64,000 bases of DNA from Victivallales bacterium (GTDB taxonomy: Bacteria > Verrucomicrobiota > Lentisphaeria > Victivallales > GWF2-38-69). The stretch lies in assembly GCA_965228125.1 (NCBI GenBank), contig OZ245791.1, forward strand, positions 117,538 to 181,537, written 5' to 3'. This document shows, in pieces, positions 26,829 to 36,920 of the stretch. Made by a program: the position numbers and the translations under genes. The notes under the pieces are model-generated. The model did no database searches. It was given only the letters and a program-made list of their open reading frames with translations, and was not told the origin of the DNA. How positions within the stretch are numbered: position 1 is the stretch's first letter; the number at the start of each line of letters is the position of its first letter.

Positions 26829-28992
26829 CTCTTTCAAGGATAAGCAAAGTAATATCATCGAGTTTATTTCCTTGTTGATAATTTAAAACGTCCTCAATGA
26901 TGGAATCACCTAGTCCATGTGTGCTCTTATTTTTCCTGCATAAATCCAAAAGCCTCTTAACGCCGTAGCTTACTAGTTCGTCATTAATGGCATCTGTGAT
27001 ACCGTCTGTAAGAAAAACTAATGCATCGCCTCTATTAAGGGTAAATTCAGAATAGCCATATTTAATATCGGCAAAGGCAGCAACTACGGTATTATGCACA
27101 TCCAGTTTGAGTTCGGGCTCTCGGCCTTTAGATAGTTTTATATACTCAATATGGCCGGCATTCGTGTACATAACGTTTCCTGTTTTGATCTTGTAAACAA
27201 CTAAATACAAAGTAAGGAACATTACGGAGCTTACACTTTTAAAAAGTATCTCATTTACTTTTTCGACTATTTTTCCAGTATCGCCTATTCCTTGTGCAAA
27301 ACATTGTTCTCTGATAATGGCTTTTGCCATACTCATATAAAAAGCTGCGGTTATTCCCTTTCCTGAAACATCAGCTATAACCATAACCAGATCTTCATTG
27401 ACATAAAAAAAGTCGTAAAAATCCCCTGACATCTCTTTTGCAGCAACCAGCCTGGCAAAAAGCATAAACTCTGCGCTCTGGAATTCATTGCTTACTTTAG
27501 GAAGAACAGATTTTTGAAGATTGCTCGCTATTTCAAGTTCGGTCTCCATAGATTGCCTTTCCTTGATTTCCTGAGCCAGATTTATTGTGTAATTCTTTAA
27601 TTCGTTGCTTATATCGTTAAAAGTTCTGGATAGCTCGAAAACTTCTTTGACCCCATTGGGTTCAATTTTTCTATCAAAACACCCCTTCCCCAAATCAGTG
27701 AAATTTTCTCTAAGCCTGCCTATAGGCTTTATAATAACAAATCTGAAAAGGATATACGAAAAAACAATGGCAGATGAAAGCACTATAAGAAACAATATGG
27801 CATATTGAATTAATATATCCATTAATGTTTTATCTATTAAAATCTTATAATCTTTTAAAGGCCTATATAACTCATCAACTTTAATTAAAATAAGTATGAT
27901 CCAGTCATTAACAGTGAGTTTATTATAAATGGCTAGATAGTCCTCTCCTTCAATACTGATGATCCGTTTAGGTATATCTATTTGGCTATCCTTGGAATCT
28001 TTGACAAATTCATCCAGGTTCTTATTTACAGCTTCACGAATCGCCGCGACATCTGGAAGATTAGAATCCGAATGACCAAGTAATGTTTTTGCTGAGTCTG
28101 CATTTGTAAAAGGTAGAAATAAAATTGCGCCACGAGACCCTGTAAGCAATCTTATTGTCATATAATTTTCATAATTGAGCTTGGAAAAAAAATCATATAT
28201 TTTATTTACCAGCGCAGTTCTGTCAAGCGTAACGCCTACTACTGATTCCATTTCGCCGTTCTTATCCAGTACTGGCAGCAGAATAGTTATCGGTTCTATA
28301 TTTTCATCTATCAAACTCTTAAAAGAATAAATTGGGGTATTCTCATAAAATTTTATAGAAGAAGCATCAGATAAGATATTTTGCAGGAGATCTTTATTAA
28401 AATCTTTTTCTTTAGAAAGTGCTTTTGTGTTCTTAAAATGTATAAGATATTTCTGTTTGCTGATTACAAATGTATCTACTATGGCATTATCAGGATTGGA
28501 TATAAGCTTAATTATTTCGATGCCAAATTTTGACAGTTTGTATATCTGGTTTGCAGTAATGTTGAAATTTCCACTGGGCGCATCTCCCCAGTAATAAGAA
28601 TAAAATTTGAACTCCTGTCCTGATATCACAGTTGTAAAATCAGCGTCCTGATAAGAGTAAACATCTGTTTTTTTATTGAACTCAAATCTGGATTTTATCT
28701 GATCAATAATTCGTTGATCGGCGTTCACGTGATATTGATTCACATAGCGCAGAGACTTGAGGATATCCAGAGAGTTCTGAAGTTCGGAATTTAGTTGGAT
28801 AGACTGCTGTTTGACATCTTCTTTTATCGTAAAATCTATGAATCCTTTTATGTTTCGATGTATTTCTCTTTCCGAAAAACTACCGAGTTTTTTATAACCG
28901 GAGTAAGAATTTATAAAAAGTATGGCAAATGAGAGAAAGATAAAAACAAAAAGATAAAAGATGAAAAGAGTATTAAGCTTAATATTTTTCAT
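26821..28992 (-). CDS. membrane sensor with HAMP and PP2C/SpoIIE-type serine phosphatase domains
   Basis: TM, about 380-aa extracytoplasmic region, TM, HAMP, then SGDFYDFF, ADVSGKG and LTDGITDA phosphatase motifs. ATG 28992 (MKNIKLN) chosen. Confidence 0.8.
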   Translation of the reverse strand: MKNIKLNTLFIFYLFVFIFLSFAILFINSYSGYKKLGSFSEREIHRNIKGFIDFTIKEDVKQQSIQLNSELQNSLDILKSLRYVNQYHVNADQRIIDQIKSRFEFNKKTDVYSYQDADFTTVISGQEFKFYSYYWGDAPSGNFNITANQIYKLSKFGIEIIKLISNPDNAIVDTFVISKQKYLIHFKNTKALSKEKDFNKDLLQNILSDASSIKFYENTPIYSFKSLIDENIEPITILLPVLDKNGEMESVVGVTLDRTALVNKIYDFFSKLNYENYMTIRLLTGSRGAILFLPFTNADSAKTLLGHSDSNLPDVAAIREAVNKNLDEFVKDSKDSQIDIPKRIISIEGEDYLAIYNKLTVNDWIILILIKVDELYRPLKDYKILIDKTLMDILIQYAILFLIVLSSAIVFSYILFRFVIIKPIGRLRENFTDLGKGCFDRKIEPNGVKEVFELSRTFNDISNELKNYTINLAQEIKERQSMETELEIASNLQKSVLPKVSNEFQSAEFMLFARLVAAKEMSGDFYDFFYVNEDLVMVIADVSGKGITAAFYMSMAKAIIREQCFAQGIGDTGKIVEKVNEILFKSVSSVMFLTLYLVVYKIKTGNVMYTNAGHIEYIKLSKGREPELKLDVHNTVVAAFADIKYGYSEFTLNRGDALVFLTDGITDAINDELVSYGVKRLLDLCRKNKSTHGLGDSIIEDVLNYQQGNKLDDITLLILERVK

Positions 28993-29002
28993 CTTGGTAA
29001 GG

Positions 29003-29311
29003 CTATGCGCCTGATATTTTAATAAAAACATCAAGCTTTGAGACAGACAAAATGGCAGCAACTAGTTTGGACGCATTAACAATTTCAAAATTCTCCTTCC
29101 CTTGTATTTTAAGTACCTGAATGCATAACCTTATAAATGCAGATGCAATGAATTCCACATTTTTCATATCAAATACTACAGAAGAAGCACCTTCAATACC
29201 TTTCAGGACTTTAGGCTCATTTTCCAGCATATATTCAAAGTCACATCTTGGATTTTGAAAACAGCAAACTGTTTTCTCTCCATCTTTTTTAATCTTTATG
29301 CTCATATACAC
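29003..29311 (-). CDS. STAS-domain protein (anti-sigma-factor antagonist-like)
   Basis: About 100 aa. Pattern VVFDMKNVEFIASAFIRLCIQV...ENFEIVNASKLV. Immediately upstream of the phosphatase. Confidence 0.5.
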   Translation of the reverse strand: MYMSIKIKKDGEKTVCCFQNPRCDFEYMLENEPKVLKGIEGASSVVFDMKNVEFIASAFIRLCIQVLKIQGKENFEIVNASKLVAAILSVSKLDVFIKISGA

Positions 29312-29449
29312 TAATGGTTTTGTAACAAAAATATGTTACGAGTTATATTTGCCAACGCCATCTTCTGGTGAATTTTAGTTCAAAAGGCAAAAGATGTAAA
29401 CACCTATTGCTATTATATAATTTTTTAAGATTGTTTAAATGGGTCGTGT

Positions 29450-30949
29450 CTAGCTGAAATTTGCATCTTTAATAAGCTCCTGCATATATTTATCTTCAGA
29501 TATGTCAGTATAGTATCCGAAATATTCTTCCGATTCATATAGATCATTAGAGGAGTCTTTAAAGAAATTCCCTCTTAGCCACCGTTCCTTGCCGTCTTTC
29601 CTTAATATCTTAAATTCGAAAGATATAGGGAATTGAATGACTTTATATAATTCTTCAAACAACACTTTGTGGTCATCTATTGCCAAGTCCATCATCGTTA
29701 TGCTCCCATCGGTAAATGATGAAGACTCATATCCTGTTAATGGCAATGTATTACTCACATAAGAGTAGTGTGAAACATCATCGCTGCTTTTGTAAGCAGA
29801 CCAAATGATTATATTTGGCATTGAATTCATAATTTTCATAAGAAGTTTTAATTTAAAATTATCACTATCCTCAGATATGAATCCTATGAAGGTCTCGTTT
29901 TCTTTGTCAAAATATATTATCTCTCTGATCCAAACCATTTTGCCTGTGTAAGGGCTATTCATGTAATAGTATCTGGTATTCGGATAAATACTTTTTTTCT
30001 TTTCCTGTATAAATCTGTCTTTGAGTTTCTGAGGAATTAAAGGATACCACAAACTTTCCCATTCTTTTGGAGCGATGAAACTCGTATCCTTATCTCCCCA
30101 AAAATTATCTTTTGAACCTAGTTTTAAATACAATAATTCTGAATAAGAAACTATGCTTTCATTAAGGTTTATTCCTCTGCCCACCCAAATTGTGGTTTTG
30201 CTTTGGGTTATGGCGTACTCAAGTATCTTTCTATATTTTTCATTGGTTATGCGCTCGGAAATGTCAACTATCACCCCCAAGACAGCCATAATTTTAGAAT
30301 TTGAATCAAAAACGGGGATTTTTGAAATAATTCCCCACCTCTTCTTTCTTGACCCTATTATAAGCTGCTCCTTCTGCAATATCGGCTTGCCGGAGTTAAT
30401 GACCTCATTGTCCTGCTCCAAATTTATTTTTGCTTCCGAGAGGGTTAAAAGATCGTAATCGCTCTTGCCTCTGACATTAAAACCGGGATTCAAACCCAAA
30501 ACGTCCAAAAACTTTTGATTGGCCAGGATGTATTTCGAATCAGGAGACTTCAAATAAACAATATCCTGTGTATTAAATAAAATAGCATTTAATGTGATCG
30601 CCATATTTTGATACTCGCTCACCATGTTCCCGACCGCATTTATAGCTATTTTTGTAATGTCTTTTTGCTGAGACTGGCCTGATGATAACCCCAAGAGGTT
30701 TGTAAAAGGAATACTGTCTTCGATTTTGATTTCAGAAACCTGACGATAAGACTCCAAATCAGATATTTCCGAAACAGGAATATTCAACACTTTGGCCATT
30801 TCCCTGATTCTCTTTTCTGTGGGAATTCTTTTTCCATTTTCCCATTGTGATATAGATTGTCGGCTAACTTGTATTGCTTCAGAAAGAGAATTGATTGACC
30901 ATCTGTTTTTCCTTCTTAAGTCTATAAATTTATCTCTGTAGAATTCCAT
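29450..30949 (-). CDS. XRE-family HTH regulator with PAS-like sensor repeats
   Basis: N-terminal WSINSLSEAIQVSRQSISQWENGKRIP HTH. The remaining roughly 400 aa has PAS-like periodicity (ILANQKFLDVLG...). Confidence 0.65.
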   Translation of the reverse strand: MEFYRDKFIDLRRKNRWSINSLSEAIQVSRQSISQWENGKRIPTEKRIREMAKVLNIPVSEISDLESYRQVSEIKIEDSIPFTNLLGLSSGQSQQKDITKIAINAVGNMVSEYQNMAITLNAILFNTQDIVYLKSPDSKYILANQKFLDVLGLNPGFNVRGKSDYDLLTLSEAKINLEQDNEVINSGKPILQKEQLIIGSRKKRWGIISKIPVFDSNSKIMAVLGVIVDISERITNEKYRKILEYAITQSKTTIWVGRGINLNESIVSYSELLYLKLGSKDNFWGDKDTSFIAPKEWESLWYPLIPQKLKDRFIQEKKKSIYPNTRYYYMNSPYTGKMVWIREIIYFDKENETFIGFISEDSDNFKLKLLMKIMNSMPNIIIWSAYKSSDDVSHYSYVSNTLPLTGYESSSFTDGSITMMDLAIDDHKVLFEELYKVIQFPISFEFKILRKDGKERWLRGNFFKDSSNDLYESEEYFGYYTDISEDKYMQELIKDANFS

Positions 30950-31061
30950 AATCTAACTAATTTTATATAGTAAAATATTTACCGATTATAAACAAAATCT
31001 GTAAAATAGCTATCCGTTAACAAAGGATCGATTTCGGCTGAACTTAAAATTAATTTAACGA

Positions 31062-31092
31062 AACAAAAAAGCCGAATGAACCACTCGGCTTT
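31062..31092 (-). terminator. intrinsic terminator after the pullulanase locus
   Basis: Reverse strand reads AAGCCGAgtggttcatTCGGCTTTTTTGTTTCG. Confidence 0.65.
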
Positions 31093-31113
31093 TAATTGCT
31101 AATGTTATAATCG

Positions 31114-33199
31114 TTAATTTTGATAAAGTATCGTTATTGCTGTGCCTGATGCAGTAATAGTGCCTGATGCTATAGTGGGACTACTACTTGGAGGATTCCC
31201 ATCTTTCATAGCGACTTTCCACTCTCCTTTAGGAAGATTGAATTTGTAATCGGGTGCGGAATTATAAATTACTATGATTTTTTTCCAAATGTCGCCAACT
31301 GCATTTCCATCAATTTCGGAAACTAATACGCCATCAGCAGGAACATGGGATTTAATGTAATTGTCAATATCTTCCCATGATTTCATCCTAAATGCCGGAT
31401 GCTCTTTTCTAAGTTTTATCATTTGTTGATAGTAATTTACTACATCTTGGTTTACTGCCTGTAAACTCCAATCCATTCGATTGATATAATCAGGAGATTT
31501 ATAGCTGTTGTGTTCCCTGTTTTTGGTCCTGAGCATTTCGTCGCCGAGTTGAAACAACGGGATTCCTTGTGAGGTTAAAATTATACCATTACAGAATTTA
31601 TCTATACGCTTCAGATATCCAATATCGGTTCGTCTGTGCGTAATATCAGCCCAAATGCAGATTTTATCCCAAAGGTTTAAATTGTCATGGCATGTAGCAT
31701 AATTAATACATTCAGCAGGTTCGTTTGCATACATAGGATCCCAAACATTAGGAAGAGGAGGCGGATCAATTCTGTGTGTGTATCTTATAGCTCCTCTCAC
31801 ACCTTGTTCAATGAGCGCCATCCCCCAATAAGAATCGGAGTGTTCGTTAAAAATATATCCGCCGCCATATCAGCTGTCAGTTGCACCTTTCAGAGCGTCC
31901 CTGAATTTGGGATTGAATGCGCCAACCTGAGCTACGGGTCTGCCATCTTCTATCCTTTCAGTTAAAGATATCGTTCCAAGTCTTACTCTGGTGTTTTCCT
32001 GAGGATCGCCGGCATAACCGTTCCATGGCTCTCCGTAAAAAATAAGTTTTCTGTCGGGATATTTTTTATTTAGATATGTGGCCCAGTCTTTTACCTGTTC
32101 GTAGCCAAAAATTCCGATTAAATCAAATCTGAAACCGTCTATGTTATATGTCGTTACCCAGTATTCTAGAGAGTCCCTAATCATGCGGCTTACCATAGGA
32201 TTCGATGCATCAACGGAGTTCCCGCATCTTGAAAGGTCTTCTTTAGTATAATATTTGTCACTGATATTGCCAAAAACATCCTTATTGTAAGTATGGTTAT
32301 ATACAACATCCATTACCACCCTGATTCCTGCTTTATGGAATGTCTCTACCATATCCTGAACTTCTTTTATTCTGTCTATGTAGTGAGGTTCACTGCCCTT
32401 TGACGAAAACAATACATTATTCCACTTTGAATAACGCCATTCAGGCACATTATAATTTACAGGGTCATAACCCCAATTATAACAGCTGGGATTCTTTTAA
32501 CACTTCTTCTATAGAGCATGAACCGAATTGATACATCGGCATTATTTGGATATGTGTAAACCCCAAATTCTTTAAATAATCAAAACCCGTAGAATAGGTT
32601 TTCCCTGTAACAAAGTCCTTATAGGTAGTACCAGATTGGATCATTCCTGAAAAAGTGCTTTTCAGCCCATCATCGATTCCGGAGTTAGGAGAAATGGAAA
32701 AATCCCTTATCATGGCTTCGCAGACAATAGCATCTGTTAGGTTATCAAGTTTAGGAACATTTAATCTGTTTTCCGAATTTTTTATTAGTCCAGAATCTAT
32801 TACAATATCATTTTTATTATAATCTGGCTTTGTATAGTTAAGATCAACCATTCTGGCATATGGATCATGAGTGGATTTTCCTTTAATTATAAAATGGTAT
32901 GGTTTAAGATTATAATCCCCGTCTATGTTTACATAATAAACATGATCCCCTCCTGCCTGATCCTCATTATTTTGAATGTCTTTTGTTTCCAGAGTTTCTC
33001 CATCTAGCCACAATTTCACATCTGATGTGTCAGGCGACCATATAGCAAAAGATGTTTTTACTTTTCCTTGTTCATCTTTAAAAACATTGACACCCAACGG
33101 AATGCCTGTACTTTGCGCAAAAATCGCAAATACCAGAGTGAAATAGATACAGAACCCTACAATGCCCGTATAAATTCTCTTAGTGTATTTATCGAACAC
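31114..33199 (-). pseudogene. type I pullulanase (GH13), disrupted by one frameshift and one in-frame TGA
   Basis: Three collinear ORFs. The first ends ...MPMYQFGSCSIEEVLKESQLL*, and YNWGYDPVNYNVPEWRYS continues in another frame (shift within 32478-32510). The second ends KGATDS-TGA(31870-31872) and continues in frame as YGGGYIFNEHSDSYWGMALIEQG. Confidence 0.8.
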
Positions 33200-33389
33200 C
33201 TTTACTTCCTCTTCTTTGTTATATTTTTGGGATTATCCTCGGAATAATCTATTATATAACAAGTTTCATAGCAATATTTAAAGAGAATCTGTAGAAAGCA
33301 AATAATATGTCTTTTTTGTAACTCACAGTATACTTATATGTAAGTTTTAAACGTCTATAATACTAACAAGAGAAAGGTATAAAAAAATA

Positions 33390-35714
33390 CTAGTTTCCGT
33401 AAGAAGCTATGACAGCCTGTCCAAACGATATGCCGCCATCGTTTGGAGGAATTCTTTCATTTATAAATACTTTTAGTCCCATTTCAGAAATTCTGTCAGT
33501 TACTAGAGAAGTAAAGAGCCTATTCATAAAAACTCCTCCAGAAAGAACTATTGGCAAAGTATTTTTTGCTGCAACAGCATAATTGACCATATCGGTCAAA
33601 GCGTCACACAAAGTTAAATGGAATTCATAGGCATATTGCTCTCTTATATGTGTATAATTCTTATCTTTGTAAAAACTCTGTAAACTTTCCGGTGGGAAAT
33701 TTTTAAAAGTCTCTGCCCAATCTATAACAAGCATGCCGTTTCTGCCTGTCTTTAAGTATTTGAACAAACCGCTCTGTTCTACCTCTCTACTCTGTGCGTG
33801 CAACGCTTCTGCTTCTAATCTGATGGCCCCCTGCCCTTCGTAAGTTATGGAATTTCCGCACAAACCTAACATCACGGAAATTGAATCAAAAAGCCTTCCG
33901 GCCGCATTAGACAAGGGTGAATTTATGCCTTTCAGGTACTGCATATGCCATATTCTTCGTTCTTCGTCAGTAATTCCAAAAGTATCGCAGAACTCTTTCT
34001 CAATGCCTGTACCTGCGTCCAAGTATCTGGCAAATAACTGTCTGACAGGATGGTAAACAGCAGTATCTCCGCCAGGCAATCTGACAGGATTAAATGCAGC
34101 CAGTCTTTCGAAGCTACCTTTGTTGACATACAACACTTCGGAACCCCATATAGTACCATCAGTACCTAAACCTGTCCCGTCAAAAATTACAGCTATAGCT
34201 TCCTCTAAACCATGCTCCCCCATACATGACATCGCATGTGCGTGATGATGCTGAACCTCTAAAACTCCTATTCCTTTTTCTGAGGCAATTTTCAAGCCTA
34301 ATATTGATGAGTGCATGTCTGGATGAATATCTTTTACGATCAGCCCAATGTCTTTTCTGAAAAATGCGGGAAGCGTTTTGGACAGAAGCGTCAGGCTCTC
34401 TTCTGCCTCAAGGGTCTCAAGGTCTCCGATGTGAGGCGAAAGAACCACTTCATTACCAAAAGCTAACGCAATAGTGTTTTTGAGTTCAGCTCCCATTGCA
34501 AGAATAGCTTTGGGCAAATTCCTGTTGATATATATCCCATTTGGGGCAAAACCTCTTGATCGTCTCCATACCTGCGGTTTCCCTTGTTGCACAACACACA
34601 AGGAATCATCATTTCTGAAGTTAATTTCCCTGTCATGGCATAAATAAACATCGACTATTCCTTTCAGGGTGCTAAACGCATCATCATTGGAAATACAGAT
34701 AGGTTCGCCTTTTCGGTTTGCGCTTGTCATCACAAGAAGCTCGAGTTCACCATCAAAAAGCATCTCGTGCAGAGGCGAATATGGAAGCATGAAACCAATT
34801 GTATGAGTATCAGGCGACAAAAGATTCAAAGGTATTTCTGAGCTGGCAGAAGGTTTAACTTGAAGTATCACGATTGGCGCGGCAGGGGATTTCAAAAGTT
34901 TTTCTTCCGCTTCTGAAACAAGGCAATATTTTTTTATCACCCGAATACTTTTAGCCATAACTGCAAAAGGCTTATGAGGACGATTTTTCCTAGCCCTAAG
35001 CAAAGATATTGCATCACCGTTTTTGGCATCTACAGCAATTAAAAATCCGCCTATTCCTCTTACCGCAATGATACAACCGTTTTTTGCTAATTTCCTAAAC
35101 TCAGCAATACAATCACCTACATTCATTCTTATCCCGTTCCTGTCATGCAAAAAAACAGTTGGCCCGCATTTCGGGCATGCAATGCTTTCTGCATGAAAAC
35201 GCCTGTCAGAAGGATTTGTATATTCTTTGAGGCACTCATCGCATAGACTGAATTTTTCAAGAGTCGTCCTACACCTGTCGTAAGGCATAGCATTAACTAC
35301 TGTATACCGGGGGCCGCAATTGACGCATGTGGTAAATGGATATTGATAGCGTCTATTGGATGGATCATTTACCTCTTTTCTGCAATCTTCACACATAGCC
35401 AGATCGGCAGGAATTGAAATCCGGTAATTATCATCAGACTCACTTTCAAGTATCTGGAATTTACTCTTAATTGGGCATGGTTCGGATTTTATAAGAACGA
35501 CAGAATTAATTCTAGCCTGCACTGGAGAATTATCTGGAAGGCCGGCAATGAAGTTATCTATGCATGCACTGTCGCCTTCAAGAGTTAAAACAACCCTGCC
35601 TGAAGTATTTTTTATACTCCCGCCCAAGTCGCTTGCCGTAGCAAGATTGTAGATTGCCGGGCGAAATCCGACCCCTTGAACCATTCCTTTTATTTCATAA
35701 ATTCTTCGTATCAT
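33390..35714 (-). CDS. hypF: [NiFe]-hydrogenase maturation carbamoyltransferase HypF
   Basis: 774 aa. Acylphosphatase-like N-terminus, paired zinc fingers (CEDCRKE..CVNCGPRY; CDECLKEY..CPKCGP), YrdC-like and Kae1-like C-terminal domains. Confidence 0.95.
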   Translation of the reverse strand: MIRRIYEIKGMVQGVGFRPAIYNLATASDLGGSIKNTSGRVVLTLEGDSACIDNFIAGLPDNSPVQARINSVVLIKSEPCPIKSKFQILESESDDNYRISIPADLAMCEDCRKEVNDPSNRRYQYPFTTCVNCGPRYTVVNAMPYDRCRTTLEKFSLCDECLKEYTNPSDRRFHAESIACPKCGPTVFLHDRNGIRMNVGDCIAEFRKLAKNGCIIAVRGIGGFLIAVDAKNGDAISLLRARKNRPHKPFAVMAKSIRVIKKYCLVSEAEEKLLKSPAAPIVILQVKPSASSEIPLNLLSPDTHTIGFMLPYSPLHEMLFDGELELLVMTSANRKGEPICISNDDAFSTLKGIVDVYLCHDREINFRNDDSLCVVQQGKPQVWRRSRGFAPNGIYINRNLPKAILAMGAELKNTIALAFGNEVVLSPHIGDLETLEAEESLTLLSKTLPAFFRKDIGLIVKDIHPDMHSSILGLKIASEKGIGVLEVQHHHAHAMSCMGEHGLEEAIAVIFDGTGLGTDGTIWGSEVLYVNKGSFERLAAFNPVRLPGGDTAVYHPVRQLFARYLDAGTGIEKEFCDTFGITDEERRIWHMQYLKGINSPLSNAAGRLFDSISVMLGLCGNSITYEGQGAIRLEAEALHAQSREVEQSGLFKYLKTGRNGMLVIDWAETFKNFPPESLQSFYKDKNYTHIREQYAYEFHLTLCDALTDMVNYAVAAKNTLPIVLSGGVFMNRLFTSLVTDRISEMGLKVFINERIPPNDGGISFGQAVIASYGN

Positions 35715-35832
35715 AACGTCAAAAAACCGAGTGTATGAGATTTTTCAAAAGATATATTACTTCAGCGGTTTTTAAAGTCTAAGGCAGCGCTAAAATAAAA
35801 GCAATGTAACCTTGGAATTAAGAGCGTGGCAA

Positions 35833-36225
35833 ATGCCTTTCTTTATTAAAATCTATATTGCTGTTTTCATACTGCTTCTCATAACTAACATCTTTTTTCA
35901 TTCAAAATTCAAAATGAAGTTATTATTTCTTATTTATGAGATACTTAGTGCTCTTTATATGATGGCATTGATCATTATTTACTACAACCCCCTTCTTTTA
36001 GAGAAACTAACAGTAATAAATATTATTCCCTTGCTCTTAATCCTGTGCATAGATATCTATTTCACCACAATTGGTTCCATAAAAGAACTAGGCCTTAATC
36101 TTCCTGAAATTCCGGAAAAATCCCATGAAACTGCTAAAATCGTTTCCATCCTTTTCAATTCCCCTGCATATATCATAGGGCTAATGGCATCACTCGAAAT
36201 TCTTAAAAACAACAATCTGTTCTAA
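35833..36225 (+). CDS. small integral membrane protein
   Basis: Four hydrophobic segments. ATG 35833 (MPFFIKIYIAV) preferred over the TTG track start. Confidence 0.4.
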   Translation: MPFFIKIYIAVFILLLITNIFFHSKFKMKLLFLIYEILSALYMMALIIIYYNPLLLEKLTVINIIPLLLILCIDIYFTTIGSIKELGLNLPEIPEKSHETAKIVSILFNSPAYIIGLMASLEILKNNNLF

Positions 36226-36246
36226 AATAATGCCCCTACAAATAAC

Positions 36247-36912
36247 ATGAGAAATTACATAATATCCAAGATTAAGACCGATTTTACTCCTTCTGCTGCT
36301 TTCAACGCTCCTGTCTGGACAAATGTCACTGCGCTAAGCATAGACACATGGCCTTGGCACAAACCCAATGAACCTGAGGTTCCTTCCGTGGAAGTACAGC
36401 TCCTTTATTCTGATGACAACATCTATCTCAGATATTTGGTAAAGGAAAAATTCATAATAGCAAAAACGACCGAGCCTCAAGGCAAAGTTCATCTTGACAG
36501 TTGTGTAGAGTTTTTTGTATCGCCAAATAAAAAAGGCTACTTTAATTTTGAATTGAACTGTATAGGCTCTATTCATCTCGGATTCAGACAAGGAAGGCTT
36601 TCCGGAAAATTAGTCGATCAGGCAGATTTAGATAAAATAACAGTCGCAACCAGTCTGCCAAAAGGTGTAGCTATAGAAAACGCCACCCCGGGCTATGAGA
36701 AAGAATACATAGTAGAATACTCGGTTCCTTTTGAACTCTTTGTCAAATATGCAGAATGCGACAAACCTCAAAAAGGCTCTGTCTGGCGGGCAAATTTTTA
36801 TAAATGCGCTGATAATTCACCTGAACCTGCATGGGGTGTCTGGTCTAATGTTTCCACCCCAAATCCAGACTACCACAGGCCTGAATTCTTTGGCTCTATT
36901 ACCTTTTCCTGA
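36247..36912 (+). CDS. carbohydrate-binding family 9-like (DOMON-like) protein
   Basis: Pattern VEVQLLYSDDNIYLRYLV ... DSCVEFFVSP ... YFNFELNCIG ... WRANFYKC, as I recall for CBM9-like proteins. Confidence 0.5.
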   Translation: MRNYIISKIKTDFTPSAAFNAPVWTNVTALSIDTWPWHKPNEPEVPSVEVQLLYSDDNIYLRYLVKEKFIIAKTTEPQGKVHLDSCVEFFVSPNKKGYFNFELNCIGSIHLGFRQGRLSGKLVDQADLDKITVATSLPKGVAIENATPGYEKEYIVEYSVPFELFVKYAECDKPQKGSVWRANFYKCADNSPEPAWGVWSNVSTPNPDYHRPEFFGSITFS

Positions 36913-36920
36913 ACTTTGTT

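Noticed and set aside
31870-31872. In-frame TGA in the pullulanase as recoding (TGA read as Gly, Trp or selenocysteine)
   Set aside because: TGA ends well-conserved genes at their expected C-termini in this same window (the TenA-like gene at 491, the response regulator at 2141). The same gene also carries a frameshift. A pseudogene or sequencing error is the simpler explanation.
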